Assembly: GCA_014905635.1 (NCBI GenBank)
Contig: CM026547.1
Coordinates: 372,001 to 436,000 of the forward strand
Reading direction: 5' to 3'
DNA length: 64,000 bases
Source: Scenedesmus sp. PABB004
Taxonomy: Eukaryota
Part shown: positions 1 to 12,106 of the stretch, piece after piece
Layout of the letters: every line of letters starts with the position of its first letter
Numbering within the stretch: the stretch's first letter is position 1
Program-made: the position numbers and the translations under genes
Notes under the pieces: model-generated
The model's database searches: none
Seen by the model: only the letters and a program-made list of their open reading frames with translations
Told to the model about the DNA's origin: nothing

Positions 1-37
<37 letters not shown>
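1..37. repeat. (AG)18 microsatellite in an SMC4 intron, cut by the window edge
   Basis: Directly visible AG dinucleotide run. Confidence 0.95.
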
Positions 38-41
<4 letters not shown>

Positions 42-111
42 GGCAGCGCAGCGCAGCGCATGCGCATGCGCGCTTTTGCGCGGCCACAGCGCTGTGCCGC
101 GGGCGGCGCAC

Positions 112-3100
112 CTCGCTGAAGGGGTCCAGCGTGTCCACCAGCTCCAGCTCCGCGTCGCCGCCGAGCGTGATCATCTGCGCCGCGCGACGCGCAGCGGGGC
201 GGCGGTCAGCCCGCGCGCTGTGCCTGCGCTGCGTGCGCGCGCGAGCGACGCGCCCCGCGCTGGCGGCGGCGGCGGCGCGCGGGCGGCCGCCGGGCGCCCC
301 GCCGCGCGCGCCGCGCCGCCGTGCTCAGCCGTGCGCGCGCCTGGTACATCTCCTTGAGCTTGAGGCTGATGGCGTTGAACCCCGCCATGAAGCCGTCCAG
401 CCGCGCCTTGCGCAGCGCGTCGTACCGCGACCGCACCTGGCCGCGGCGGGCCGCGGGCGAGGCGGGCGTTAGGTGTTAAAGTGCGAGGCGGGCGTGAGGT
501 GGAGGCGGCGGCGGCGCAATGCGTGCACGCGGGCGGGCGGGCGGCCGCACCTCGTCGCGCTCCTTGGTCGCCGCCGCGTACTCCGCCTGGCGCGCGGCAA
601 AGTCGGCCTCCTTCTCCCTGCGGCGGGCGGGCGGGCGGCGCGCGCGCGCGCGCGGCGGCGCGCGGCGGGGCCGCTTGCTCCCTCGCGACCGCGCGCGCGC
701 GCGCCCCGGCGCCGCCGCCGCCGCGCGGCCGCGGCCGCGTGGCTCTCCCTTGCGCGCTCGCGCCGGCGCACCGGTACGCAGCGATGGCGGAGAGGTCTGG
801 CGCCATGACGCGCAGCTCCTCCTCCAGCACCGTGACGCGGAAGAACGCCTCGGCCGAGTCCCCGGTCAGCGCCTCGGCCGGCACGGCGTACTCCTCGCCT
901 GCGCCCGGGCGCAGCGCGGGCGGGGGGCGAGCGCGAGGGCTGAGCTGCGTCGAGCCCCCGGCCGCGCCCGCCAGCGCCGCCGCCACCCACAGCGCCGCAG
1001 CGCCGCCGCCGCCCCCAGCGCCGCAGCGCCGCAGCGCCGCCGCGCCGGCGCGCACCCGGGATGTACTTTTGCAGCTCGGCCGCGTCGGCGGCGAGCGCGC
1101 GCGCGAGGTCGCGCGCGCTCTTGGCGAGGTCCTTGTTGGCCGCCTTGACCTTGTCCAGCGCGGCCTCCAGCTCCACCTCCACGCCGCGCACGATCGACAC
1201 CTGCGCGCGCGGTGCGGCGCGGCGCGGCGCGGACGCGAGTGTGTGGGCGGGCAGGCGGCGGCGCGCGTGGAGGGCCGGCGGCGGCGCGCGTGGACGGCCG
1301 GCGGCGGCGCGGCGCTGCGTGGCCGCACCTCCTTCTGCTTGGTGTCGCGCTTCGCCGCCGCCTCGGCGAGCACCGCGGCCTGCGCCGCCTGCGCGCCCGC
1401 GAGCTCCTCCTGGCGCGCCACGACGCCGCCCGCCTCGGCGGTGAGCGCGTCGAGCGCCTCCATGGCGGCGCTGATGTCGCGGCCCAGCTTCTCGACCTCG
1501 CCCGCTGCGTACACGGGCGCAATGCGCGGGGCGAGGCGGCGCGCGTCAGGCCCGCGTGTTTCTGGCCCGTGTGTTTCAGCCGCCGCGGGCAGAAACGAGC
1601 CCGCGGGGCCAACACGCTCGCGGCGCGCGCGCCGCACCCGACTTGGCGATGTCCTTGCGCAGCTTGTCCAGCTGCTTGCTCGCCGCCTTGAGCTGCACGG
1701 CCTTCTTGGTCGCGCCCGCGGCCGCCTCAGCCCGCTTGGCCTGCAGCGACGCGACCTTCTCGCGCAGCCGCCGCAGCGGCTCGCCGCCGGCGTTGTCAAT
1801 CTTGTCCTGCGGCGGCGCGGCGCGGCGCGTGGGCGCGGCGCGGCGGCACGGCGTGGTGAGCCGCATTCGCGAGGGCCCGCGCAGTGTCGCTGCGCACCGC
1901 GTGCCCCTGCGCCATCCACGCGCGCGCGCGCGCGCGCGCGCGCGCGCACGTGCGCACGCGGGCCAGCCCCCGGCGCACCTGCAGCGCTGCCACCTTCTTC
2001 TGAAGGCCCGCGCAGCTCGCGCGCAGCTTGGCCAGCTGCGCCGCCTCGGCGCTGAGCGAGGCGCTGAGCTCCGACAGCCGCGCCGCGTCGTCCTTGCGCA
2101 CCTCGGTGCCGGCCTGCGAGCGCAGCAGGCGCGGCCGCGGCACTGGGCAGGCGCCGCCGGGCGCGTGCCGCCGCTGCCGCGCCTGTGCAGCGGCCGCCCC
2201 CGCGCCGCCAGCGCCTGCGCCGCGCGGTGGCCGCGCACCTTGAGCTCCGCGAGGCGCGCCTGCAGGTCGGCGGCCTCCTCCTTCTTGGCCGCAGCCACCT
2301 GGGCCGCCTTTGGCGCGGCGACCTCGAGCCGCGCGAGCTCGCGCTCCGCGGCGGCGAGCTCCCGCTCCGCGGCGTCCCTGCGGCGCGGCGCGGTGTTGTC
2401 GGCGGGTCGCCTGGGTCGGCGCCGGCGGCCGACCATTGCGCGCGCAGGGGAGGGGAGCCCCCGCCCGGCCCTCCGCTCGCACCTGTCGGCGCGTGCCTGG
2501 CGCAGCTGCGCCTCGGCCGCCGCGAGCTGGCCCTCCGCGTCCGCGAGCTCCTTGGCCGCCGCCTTGGCGTCCACCGCCGGCCGCGGCGCCGCGCTGCCCA
2601 GCCGCATCAGCCCGCCGCGCGGCTTGCCGCCGCCGCCAGACATGGTGCCGCTCTCTGCGCGCGCGCGGCGGCGGCGGTGGCGGCGGCAGCGCGCTCAGCC
2701 CTCGTGCGCCCCAGCCCTCCCACGCAGGCCCGGCGCAGCCTTCCCCGCCAGCGCCTGGCCCCGCCCCGCCACGCACCGGCGATGAGCTGGCCCTGCAGCG
2801 TCACCACGCGCGCGAAGCGCCGGTCGCGGCTGCCGTACGCGATGCGGCTGGCCTGCTCCAGGCTGTCCGCCACGAGCGTGTTGCGCAGCGCATACCAAAA
2901 CGCGAGGCGCAGCTTCGGGTCGGACGGCCGCACGAGGTCAAACAGCCGCGGCACGCCTGCGCGGCGCCGGCGGCGGCGGCGGCTGAGCAGCGCAGCCGGC
3001 GCCGCGAGGGCGGCGGCGGCGGCGTGCCGCGGGGGCGGCGGCGGCGGCGCGCCGTGGGGGCGGCGGCAGCGGCGCCGCGCACCCTCGGGCGTGGCCACGC

Positions 3101-6100
3101 GCTCGGCCATCTGGCCGGCGAGGCCGCGCTGCTTGTCAAGTATGAGGAACGTCGCGACGCCGAGCCCGCGGCGGCGCAGCAGCTCGACCGCGCGCTGCGC
3201 GTCGCTCGTCGACTCGACGACAATGTAGTTGAGCGCGGGGCAGGCGGTCGAGACGGCGGTGTCGTACTTGGCGTCGATGGCCCCGAGGTCGCCGAGGCGG
3301 CCGTAGATGCCGGGGATGGCGCCGCTGCGCTGCGCCTCGAGCAGCGCCGCGACGACCGCGCCCTGGCTCGCCGCGCTGCTGCTGTCGGCCTTGAGCGACG
3401 CGCACGTCGTGCGCAGGCGGCGCAGCGAGCCCTCGAGCTCCTTCTCGGCGCCCGCCGCCGACTCGAGCCGGCGCCGCGCCGCGTCGGCGACGCGCCTGCG
3501 AGACCGCGCGCGCGGCCGCGCGGCGGGGCGTCGGCGCGCGGCGGGGCGCAGCACGGCGGCGAGCGCCTGCGCCGCAGCCTCCCCGCCCGCGCCCCCAGGG
3601 TGCGCACCGCTGCTGCTGCACGTCCTCCTGGATCTGCTGAATCTCCTCCTCCTTCTCCCCAGCGACCTGGCGGCGCGCGGCGAGGCCGGGCGGGCGGGCA
3701 GCTCGGCGCCGGCGCGGCCGCCGCGCGCCGCCGCCCGCGCGCCATCGCCCGCGCGGCGGCGCCCCGCGGCGCGCGCCTGCTTGGCCGCCGCGAGCGCCTC
3801 CTGCGCGGCCGCGAGCCGGCCCTTGGCGTCCTGCTGCTGGCGCAGCAGCAGGTCTCGCTCGCTCGTCGCGACGTCGATGCGGCTCTGCACCTCGGCCATC
3901 TGCGACTCCCACGGCGCCAGCTCCGCGCGCACCTGCGGCGCCGCGGCGGGCGCCGCTCGGCCCACCCGCCGCGCCCGCCAGGCGCTGCTGCGTCGCCTGC
4001 CTCGCCGCCGCGCGCGCCGGCCCGCGCGTCTGGGGGGCGCGCACCTTGGTGAGCTGCTGGTGGTAGCCCTCCACCTCGCCCTTGATTCCCTCAAGCGCCT
4101 CCTCCAGCGCCGCCTCGGCGCCCTCGAGCTGCGCGCCGAGCGCCTCGGCGGCCGCCGAGTCGGCCGGGATCTCCTGCTGCCAGCGCGACACGTCGCCCTC
4201 GAGCGCCTGCAGCGGCGGCGGCAGCGAGCGCGGCGCGAGGGCTCGGCGCGCGCCGCCCGCCACCCGCCGCCCGCCAGCCCGCGCCGGCGCGCCGCCCCCC
4301 CCCCCCCCCGGGGCCCACCCACCTCGAGCTGCTCGCCCTCAGCCTTGTGCTTCGTCTGCGCCTTGGCGCGCTTGGCCTTGAGGTGCTTCAGGTCCATGCG
4401 GATCTGGACCGGCACACCGGCGCGGCGGGCGCGGGCGGCTCAGCGCGGCGCGGGTCGGCGCGCGCTCGCGGCTGCGCGTGTGCGCCCCAGCCGCAGCCCG
4501 CGCAGCGCCGCGCCGGCCCGCCCGCCGCCGCGCGGCGCGTGCGCCCGCCCCGCCCCGCTCGCACCTTGGTGTCCCTGTGCTCCAGCTCCTTCATCGCCGC
4601 CGCCGCGGCCTCGGCCTCCTTGAGCGTCGCGCTCAGCGCGCCGTCCGCGGCCGCCCAGTCGGCCTCGAGCGCCGCGAGCGCGCCGTCAAAGCCCGCCAGC
4701 TTGGTGCGCTCGTGCGCGAGGCGCTCGCCAAAGGCCACCGCCTTCTCCTCGTTCTCTGCCAGCTGGGCCTGCGGCGGCGGCACGCGCGCGCGCCGGGCGG
4801 CAGGCGGCGTGGGCTGGGCGCGCTCCGGCGGCCAAAACCGCCCCGGCGGCGGCGCGCCGCGGCCGCCCCGGCGCCCCCGCCCGCGCCCGCGCCGCGCCTC
4901 CGCGTTGTGCTTGAGTATGGCGTTGCCGGTCATGTTGGCGCGCAGCCGCTCCGCCTGCTTGTCGATGTACGCCTCCGCCTCGACCTTGCGCCCCTCCAGG
5001 CCCCCGAGCTCCTTCTCCACGCCCTTGAGCTTGGCCACCATGCCGCCGCGCCGCTCGTTCATCTCCTCCAGCCTGCCCCGCCGCGGCGGCGGCGGCGTGC
5101 GCGCGCGCGCGCGCGCGGGCTCGGCAGCGGCGCGCGCGCCACGGGCGCCACGGGCGCCAGCAGCGCGGCCCCGCGCCCGCGCCCCCGCCCCGCGCGCGCG
5201 CGCCGAGGCCCTGCGGGGGCGGGGGGGGGGGGCGCTCGCACCGCTTGGCCTCCTCCTCGATCTGCGGGATGAGGCCGTCGGTGCCGATGATGTCCTCCAG
5301 GTACTCCAGCAGCCCCGTCTCGCCCTTCTCCTCCGCCTTGGGCTTCATCAGGCTGATCTGCTCCACCTCGCCCTGCGGGCGCGGCGGCGCCGGCGCGGCG
5401 CCACGGCGCGGCGCAGCGTCACGGCCCCCGCCGGGCGCGGCTCGGGCTGCGGCGGCCGGCGGCCGCGGCGGGCGCGCTGTGCTGCGCGCTGTGTGATGTG
5501 CTGTGTGCTGTGCTGTGCGCTGCGTGCTGTGCTGCGCTGTGCTGTGCTGGCGCGCGCCTGGAGGATGAGGAAGCGGTTGTTGTCGAGGTCGATGCCCTTG
5601 GCCTTGAGCAGGCCGGTGACCTCCTTGACGCCCAGGCGCTTGCCATTGACGTAGTAGTCGCTCGTGTTGTTCCTGCGGGCCGCAGGCGGCGCGCGGCGCG
5701 CGCGGGGCGCGTGGGCGCACAGGGGGCGCGGTGCGGCGCGCGCGGGGCGCGGCGGCGGCGGCCGGCGGCGGCGGCGGCGGGCGCTGCGCGGCGCGCGCCT
5801 GTTGGCGGTGCGCGCCACAGTGAACTCGGAGCCAGGCACGACCTCAAAGTCGTCGCCCTCCTGCGCGGGGCGGCGCGGCGCGGCGTGCGGGCTCAGCCGA
5901 GCCGGCGGGCTCTGCGAGCGCTGACACGGCGAGGCTGGAGTCGCGCCCGCTGCTGGCGGCGGCAGCAGCGGCTGCGGCAGCGGCTGCGGCAGCGGCAGCG
6001 GCGGCAGTGGCAGCGGCAGCGGCAGCAGCGGCTGCGGCGGCAGCAGCGGCGGCGCGCCTTGTCTATGATCTCCTGGAAGTGCACCGTCACGCACGCGCGC

Positions 6101-6587
6101 TCGAGGTTGCGGTGGTGCGTCGAGTTGTGGATGAGCTCGGCGACCTTGTTGAAGCGCAGCTGCGGCGGCGCGGCGCGGCGCGGCGGGGCGGCGCGGCGCG
6201 GCGGGGCGGCGGGCGGCGGCATCAGCGGCGCCGCGCCGCGCGACGCACGGGCGGCGCGCGACGCACGGGCGGCGCCGCCGCGCGGGCGCTGCGCAGCGCG
6301 CGCACCTGCTTTGCGCGGCGGCCAAAGACGAAGAGCATCGCGTCGATGACGTTGGACTTGCCGCTGCCGTTGGGGCCCACCACCGAGGAGAAGCACTGCG
6401 CGCGGGCGCGTGCGCGGCGGCGCTCGGCGGCCGCCGCGGGGGCGTGGCGCCGCCCGGCGGGCGGTTGGCAGCGGCGCGCGCGCACCTTGTGGAACGGCCC
6501 GACGTGCTGCGCGCCTGCATAGGACTTGAAGTTCTCCAGCACCATCTCCCGAATCATCAGCCGCTTTCGGGGCGCCTCCGGCTCCAT
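112..6587 (-). CDS. SMC4: Condensin subunit SMC4, about 23 introns; C-terminal head continues off the left edge
   Basis: N-terminus MEPEAPRKRLMIREMVLENFKSYAG..GPFHK, P-loop VGPNGSGKSNVIDAMLFVFG, GIDLDNNRFLILQ|GEVEQI, hinge GIYGRLGDLGAIDAKYDTAVSTAC and VTLQGQLI, C-terminal LKEMYQ|MITLGGDAELELVDTLDPFSE. Confidence 0.96.
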
Positions 6588-7126
6588 GGCTGCGCCGCAC
6601 GCTCGCGCAACGCGCGGTCGCCGCTGCAGATGCTGCTCGCCGGGCTGCAGCTAGTCCATGGGCGGGTCGCGCGTGCGCGGCGGTCCCGAAGCGTCCGGGG
6701 CCGAGTGGGGCGGGCGCGAGGGGCCCCGGGGCGGGGCCACGGGCGCGGAGCAGGGCAGGCCGGGCAGGGCAGGCTGGGCGCCCAGCGGCGAGCGCGTGGC
6801 TGCGCGGTCGGGCGACAGGCGATGATGCCGAGGTCCCGGGCGTGCGCGGGCGGCGCGCGCCGGGCTGAAGGCGCGCGGCTGCAGGCTTGTTACTTATTTT
6901 GAGCGGCTCGCGCCGCCGGAGACCTGTGCGGTGCCGCAACGGTGCCGCGGGCGACCGCCCCAGCTGCAGCAGATCACGCAGGACTCCTCAGCGTGGCAGC
7001 GATGATCGCCGCCACTGCTGCCGTCGCTGCCGCCGCTGCCGCCGCCCGCGCGTGAGCGGTTGCGACGACAACTGTCTCAGCCGATCCCGGCACGGTGGCG
7101 TCTGTGACACCAGCAGCCTGCCACCT

Positions 7127-8019
7127 GCTGCCGCGCGCACGCCGAGCAGCCGGCGCGCCCCTCCCAGCCGGCGGCCAGCCCGCCGCCGAGCTCGCCGCGC
7201 GCCGGCGGCCGAGCGCGCCCAACGCCGCCGGCGCAGCTGCCGGCGGCACCGCAGCCGCCGGCGGGGGCGTCCTGGGCGGCGCGCGCCGCCGCGCCGTCTG
7301 GATCGGCGCCGCAGCCGCACGCGGCGGGCCCGCAGGGCGCCGAGCTGGCGCTCCCGCGCGGCGCCATCACGACCGAAACGGTCAGCCCTATGGCCAGGAT
7401 GCGCGCGAGGCGCGCCCCCGAGCGCATCGTGCGGCGCGCGCGCTGCCTCACGCGCGCATCGCGCGCCGCCGGGCGCGCAGAGAGTGTGAGCGCGCTGCTG
7501 CCGCGGGGCTGGGGCGGGCGCGTTCCGACGCGGGCGGGGCGTGCTCGCGCTGGCGGAGCACAGGGATGTGCGGACGCGAGATCAGGGAGCGTGACGGGCG
7601 CGCCGCCAAGCTCCAGGCGGCCGGCCAACTTCAGGGGTGACTTGGTGGCGGCACCCGCGAGCGCGGGCGCTGCGACGGCGCGCCGCCCGCCGCAGCTGCC
7701 GGCGGCACGCGCGCGGAGCACGGCGCCACGTTACACACACTCCGCTAGCTAGCCGCCGGCGGCCGCGCTGAGCGCCGCCGCGCCCGAGCGACCGCCGCCC
7801 TCGACGGCGCGGCGCATGCGGTCGGTCGCGCAGACCAGCTCGTGCGTGATCGTGGGGTCATACATGCTGTGCCCCGCGCCCGGGACGAGGCGCAGCTCCA
7901 TCTCGGGCCACGCCCGCCCGAGCTCGACCGCCGTCGTCGGCGGGCACACGAGGTCGGCGACGCCCTGCACGGCGATGCAGGGCAGGTGGCGCAGCCGGCT
8001 CACGTGCTCCAGCAGCGGC
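7127..8019 (-). repeat. Left arm of an 893-bp inverted duplication (copy of 11836..12728); carries a 3' fragment of the proline iminopeptidase gene
   Basis: Reverse complement of 11836..12728 with no indels (paired positions sum to 19855). Six mismatches seen, at 7157, 7160, 7299, 7528, 7579 and 7656. Confidence 0.95.
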
Positions 8020-8290
8020 ACGTGCGGTCGGTCGCAGCACGTCGGACCACCGCGCGCCGCGGTCCAGGGCTTGTGGGCGGCCGGCACGCGGCGCGGCTTT
8101 GGCTGTGCATCGTGGGCCTGCTGCGGGCCAGTTGCTCCCTTCTCTTGCAGCAGCTCGCCTGTCTGCTCTGCGCCGAGCCACCCCGCTCGCACCCGGCCGC
8201 CGCTGCCGCTGCCCGCTCCGCGCCCACGGCAGCACCTGGCGCGCGCCTCGCGTGCTGAAGTAGCCCACCAAAGCCCGCGCCCAGCGCGCC

Positions 8291-9417
8291 ATGCAGCTTT
8301 GGCGGCAGCGCGCCGGCGCAGCGGCTATGGCGCGCCAGCAGCAGCGGCCGCCCGCGGCAGCGCTGCCCGTGCCGCCCTGCGCCCGCCCGGCGCGTCAGAC
8401 GCAGCGTCGTGGGCTCCACCTGCAGTCGCGGTCGGTGTGGGACGACTCGCTCACGCTGGCCGACCTGCGGAGCCAGCTCGACGCCGCCGTCTCGAGCGAA
8501 GACTACGCGCTGGCCGCGAAGATCCGCGACACGCTGCAGTGCGTCGCCGGTGCAGCGTGGTCCAGGCGTCCCGGCGCGCCCGGGCGCGCGGCGCGCCGCG
8601 GCGCGCCGGGCGCGAGCGCGCGCGCCGCCGCCGCCGCCGCTGCTGGCGCGCAGGCAGCGCCAGACGGACGCCCGGCTGGCGATAGAGGACGCCAACCAGC
8701 GCTTCTACACGGCCTTCGCCTCCGGCAGCATGAAGGCGTGCGGGGGGCGCCGGTCGGGCACGTTGGGGGCGCGGCCGAGCGCCCCGCGCGCGCGCGACGC
8801 CGCCGTCCCGCCTGCCGCGCGGCGCAGGAGATGCAGACGGTGTGGGGCAGCGGCGAGCACGTGCAGTGCATCCACCCGGGCGCGGCGTGCATCGCCGGCC
8901 GTGACCTGGTGCGTGCGCGCCGCCGGCAGCCGGGCCGGCGGCGCGCGGCCCGGCCCTTGGCCCGACTCGCCCGCCCCGGCCCCACCGCTCGCGCGCCCCC
9001 GCCGCCCCACGCGCCCACGCGCCGCGCCCACGCCCCCGCCGCGCTCGCGCCCACGCCGCCGCGCCGCCGGCACGGGGGGCAGGTGATGGAGAGCTGGGAC
9101 GCGATCCTGCGGGGCGTGCGGCCGGGCGCGTTCAAGATCGACCTCGAAGACGTCCGAGTCTTTGCGCTGTCTGAGACCCAGGGCCTCGTCACGTGCGTGG
9201 AGGTCATGGACGCCGACGACACCAGCGGCCGGTGCGGCGGCCACGCGGCGGCGGCGCGGCGGCCGGCGGCGCGGCGCGGCGCGGCGAGGCCCCCGCCCGC
9301 ATCCGCTCGCCCGCGCGCACTCGCAGGACGATCGCGACCAACCTGTACGAGCTGCAGGACGGCAAGTGGATGATGACGCTGCACCACGGGAGCCCGCTGA
9401 TGATGCGGCGGCGCTGA
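8291..9417 (+). CDS. UVR-domain + SnoaL/NTF2-like protein, probably plastid-targeted (5 exons)
   Basis: UVR motif LRSQLDAAVSSEDYALAAKIRDTLQ; SnoaL_3-type ANQRFYTAF..MQTVW..VQCIHPG..GRDLVMESWDAIL..IATNLYELQDGKWMMTLHHGS. Confidence 0.85.
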
Positions 9418-9640
9418 GCGGCGAGTGCCTCGCACTCGCGAGCGGTTTCCGCCGCTGGAACGGGGGTCGCGTTTCTGCGGCGGCGCGCGCCGCCGCCCGG
9501 CAATTTCTCGCCGCCCGCTTCACCCGCGCGACAGGGCACTCCCTCCTCCCCACCCAAAGGGCCGTTGAGTTTGGGGCACCGCGCGGCGGCCGTCGCCGGC
9601 CACGCAGCAGCAGCATGGCCGCCTTGAGCTCCTGAGCGCG

Positions 9641-12106
9641 ATGCAGCTCGCGCGGAGCACGCTGAGCGGGGGCCGATCGGCTCCTGCCCCTCCGTGCGGC
9701 GCCTGCGGAAGTACAACGCGCGCGCTGCGGCAAGGGGGGCCGTCCGCGGGATGCCGGCCGTGCAGCGGGGCCGCCCGGACGGCAACGTGCTGCTGGAACG
9801 CGCGACCAGGTGCGCCCGGACATGACACGCAGGCCCCAGCCCCGCCGCCGGCCGGCGCGCCCCCTCCTGGCCCCGGCGGGCGCCGGCGGCTGCTGCCCCT
9901 GCTCAGCGGCCGCGCGGGCGCCGGCGGCCGCTGCTGAGCCGCCGCCGCGCCCCCCCCCACCCCACCCCGCAGGCGCTGTGCCCGCGGCTTTCCGGCAGCG
10001 CAGTGCTCGGGTCCGTGCCGCAGCGGGCGCCGCAGGGGAGCAGCCGCCGCCGCCGCTGCGCGGGCTCTACCCGCCGTCGGCGCCGCACGCGAGCGGGCAC
10101 CTGCGCGTGTCGGAGCTGCACTCAGTCTACTACGAGGTCCACGGCAACCCGCGCGGCACGCCCGCGATCGTGGTGCACGGCGGGCCGGGCGCCGGCTGCT
10201 TCGCCAACCACGCGCGCTTCTTTGACCCGGACGCTTACCGCATCATACTGCTGGACCAGCGCGGCTGCGGGCGCTCCACGCCGGCCGCCGCGCTCGCCGG
10301 CAACACCACGAGCGAGCTCGTGGCCGACCTGGAGGCGCTGCGCCGCCACCTCGGCGTGCGCCGCTGGCTGCTCTTTGGCGGGTCGTGGGGCGTCGCGCTC
10401 AGCCTCGCGTACGCCCAGGTGCCGCTGCGGCAGCGCCCCGCCTGCTGCCGGCTGCCGCCGCGAGTCCTCTGCCGGCACACCTTCCCCCGCGCCTGCCCCG
10501 GCGCCGCAGGCGCACCCGGGCGTGGTGCTGGGCCTCGTCCTGCGCGGCGTGTGCCTCATGCGGCCGCAGGAGATTGCCTGGATGTACGGCGGCGGCGCGG
10601 CGGCGCTGCGCCCGCTCGCGTGGGCGGCCTTCACGGCCGGCCTGCCGCCCCGCGAGGCGGCCAACCCGCTTCTCGCACACTACAGTCGCCTGCTGAGCGC
10701 CGACGCGGCGACGCGCCAGGCGGCGGTGAGCGCGCGCGAGACGCGGGCGGGCGGCTCGGCGCGCGCTGCGCGTGCGTGCGGCGGCACGTGTGTGCGTGCG
10801 GCTGCGTGTGTGCGCGGGAAGAGGCCGGTGAGGATTACACACAATTAGACAAGCATATATCCAAGGTCACACGGTGACGAGACTCGGACGCTGAGGCCTC
10901 CCCGCGCGCTGCTGCTGCTGTCGCCGCGTGTGTCGTGTGTTGTCGTGCGTGGCTGCTGTCGTGTGTCGCGCCCGCCCCGGCCTGGCGCTGATGATCCCCT
11001 TTCATGCATAGTTCATCTGAACAACCGCTGAAGATAAACTTACCATCACGTCTTTCGCTCCTAGCTGAGCCTGCCGGCGGGCAGCGTCGACGCGTGCTGT
11101 CTCTGTGTGTGTCGCGCCGCCCCTCGCTGACGCGCCGGCGCTCACGCCCGCGCTGGCGCCGCCGCCCTGCGCCCCCGCCCGCCCCTTGCAGACGAAGGCT
11201 TGGATGACCTATGAGTATTCGGTCGGCTTCACCAGCAGCCAGCAGCAGCTGATGGTGTGGGACGGCGAGGCGTGGGGCGCGGAGCCCGCCCCCGGCGCGC
11301 CTGCCGCTGGTCAGCAGGCGCCGCAGCCGGCGGTCGAGGAGGAGCTGCGGCGGCACCCGCCGCCGGCGCTGCCGCCGCCGCCCAAGCCGCTCACGCCCGC
11401 CGCTGCGGCGGCAGCCGCGGCCGCGGCGGCGGGCGACCTGCCGCCGCTGCCGCGCGGGGCGTGCGTGCCGGCAGAGGTGCTCGCGGGCGGCGGGAGCAGC
11501 GGGGGCAGCAGCAGCAGCAGCGGCGGCGGCGGGGCAAGCACTGTACTCTCACACAATTGTACACCAGCGACGGCGGCGGCCGGCGCGGGCCCCTCTGGCC
11601 CCGCCGGCGCGGCTGGCAGCAGCGGCTGCGGCGGGCACGGCGCCGATGACGGCGGCAGCGCTGATGGGCGGCCCGCGTGGGTCTGGGGCCTGCCGGCGCA
11701 GGGCGCCAACCTGGGCGACCCTGAGGTGGCAGCGCTCGTGTGGGCGGGGCTCGCCTATGGCGGCCATGACGGCGGCGCTGCGCAAGCGCTGCTGGAGGCC
11801 CACTTCAGCGTCCATGGTGGCTTCCTGCTCGAGGCGCCGCTGCTGGAGCACGTGAGCCGGCTGCGCCACCTGCCCTGCATCGCCGTGCAGGGCGTCGCCG
11901 ACCTCGTGTGCCCGCCGACGACGGCGGTCGAGCTCGGGCGGGCGTGGCCCGAGATGGAGCTGCGCCTCGTCCCGGGCGCGGGGCACAGCATGTATGACCC
12001 CACGATCACGCACGAGCTGGTCTGCGCGACCGACCGCATGCGCCGCGCCGTCGAGGGCGGCGGTCGCTCGGGCGCGGCGGCGCTCAGCGCGGCCGCCGGC
12101 GGCTAG
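9641..12106 (+). CDS. PIP: Proline iminopeptidase (peptidase S33, alpha/beta hydrolase) with transit peptide
   Basis: GNPRG..VVHGGPG, LLDQRGCGRS, nucleophile FGGSWG, acid QGVADLVCP, His in GAGHS. Start 9641 inferred from an in-phase intron 9810..9972. Confidence 0.92.
10821..10900 (+). ncRNA. Intronic box C/D snoRNA, U27/snR74-like (18S rRNA Am27/28 guide)
   Basis: 6-bp terminal stem GAGGCC/GGCCTC; C box GTGAGGA 10828; guide AGACAAGCATAT 10847..10858 complementary to conserved 18S AUAUGCUUGUCU; degenerate D' CCAA; C' GTGACGA; D box CTGA 10891. Confidence 0.85.
10984..11072 (+). ncRNA. Intronic box C/D snoRNA, U80/snR60/Z15 family (dual guide for 25S rRNA, yeast Am817 and Gm908 equivalents)
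   Basis: C box TGATGA 10989; guide GCATAGTTCA (antisense to 25S UGAACUAUGC) before D' CTGA 11017; C' TGAAGA 11029; guide GTCTTTCGCTCCTA 11050..11063 (antisense to 25S UAGGGGCGAAAGAC) before D box CTGA 11065. Confidence 0.93.

Noticed and set aside
6930..6945. AACGG (MSA-like mitotic element) upstream of SMC4
   Set aside because: A single 5-bp core, expected by chance, and not seen upstream of Borealin.
7749..8192. 147-aa minus-strand ORF with a peptidase C-terminus as an independent gene
   Set aside because: It is the duplicated PIP fragment, lacks the catalytic Ser half and is joined to unrelated sequence.
10988..11040. CTGATGA as a hammerhead ribozyme core (Penelope-like elements)
   Set aside because: No stem II followed by GAAA; the motif is fully explained as the snoRNA C box.
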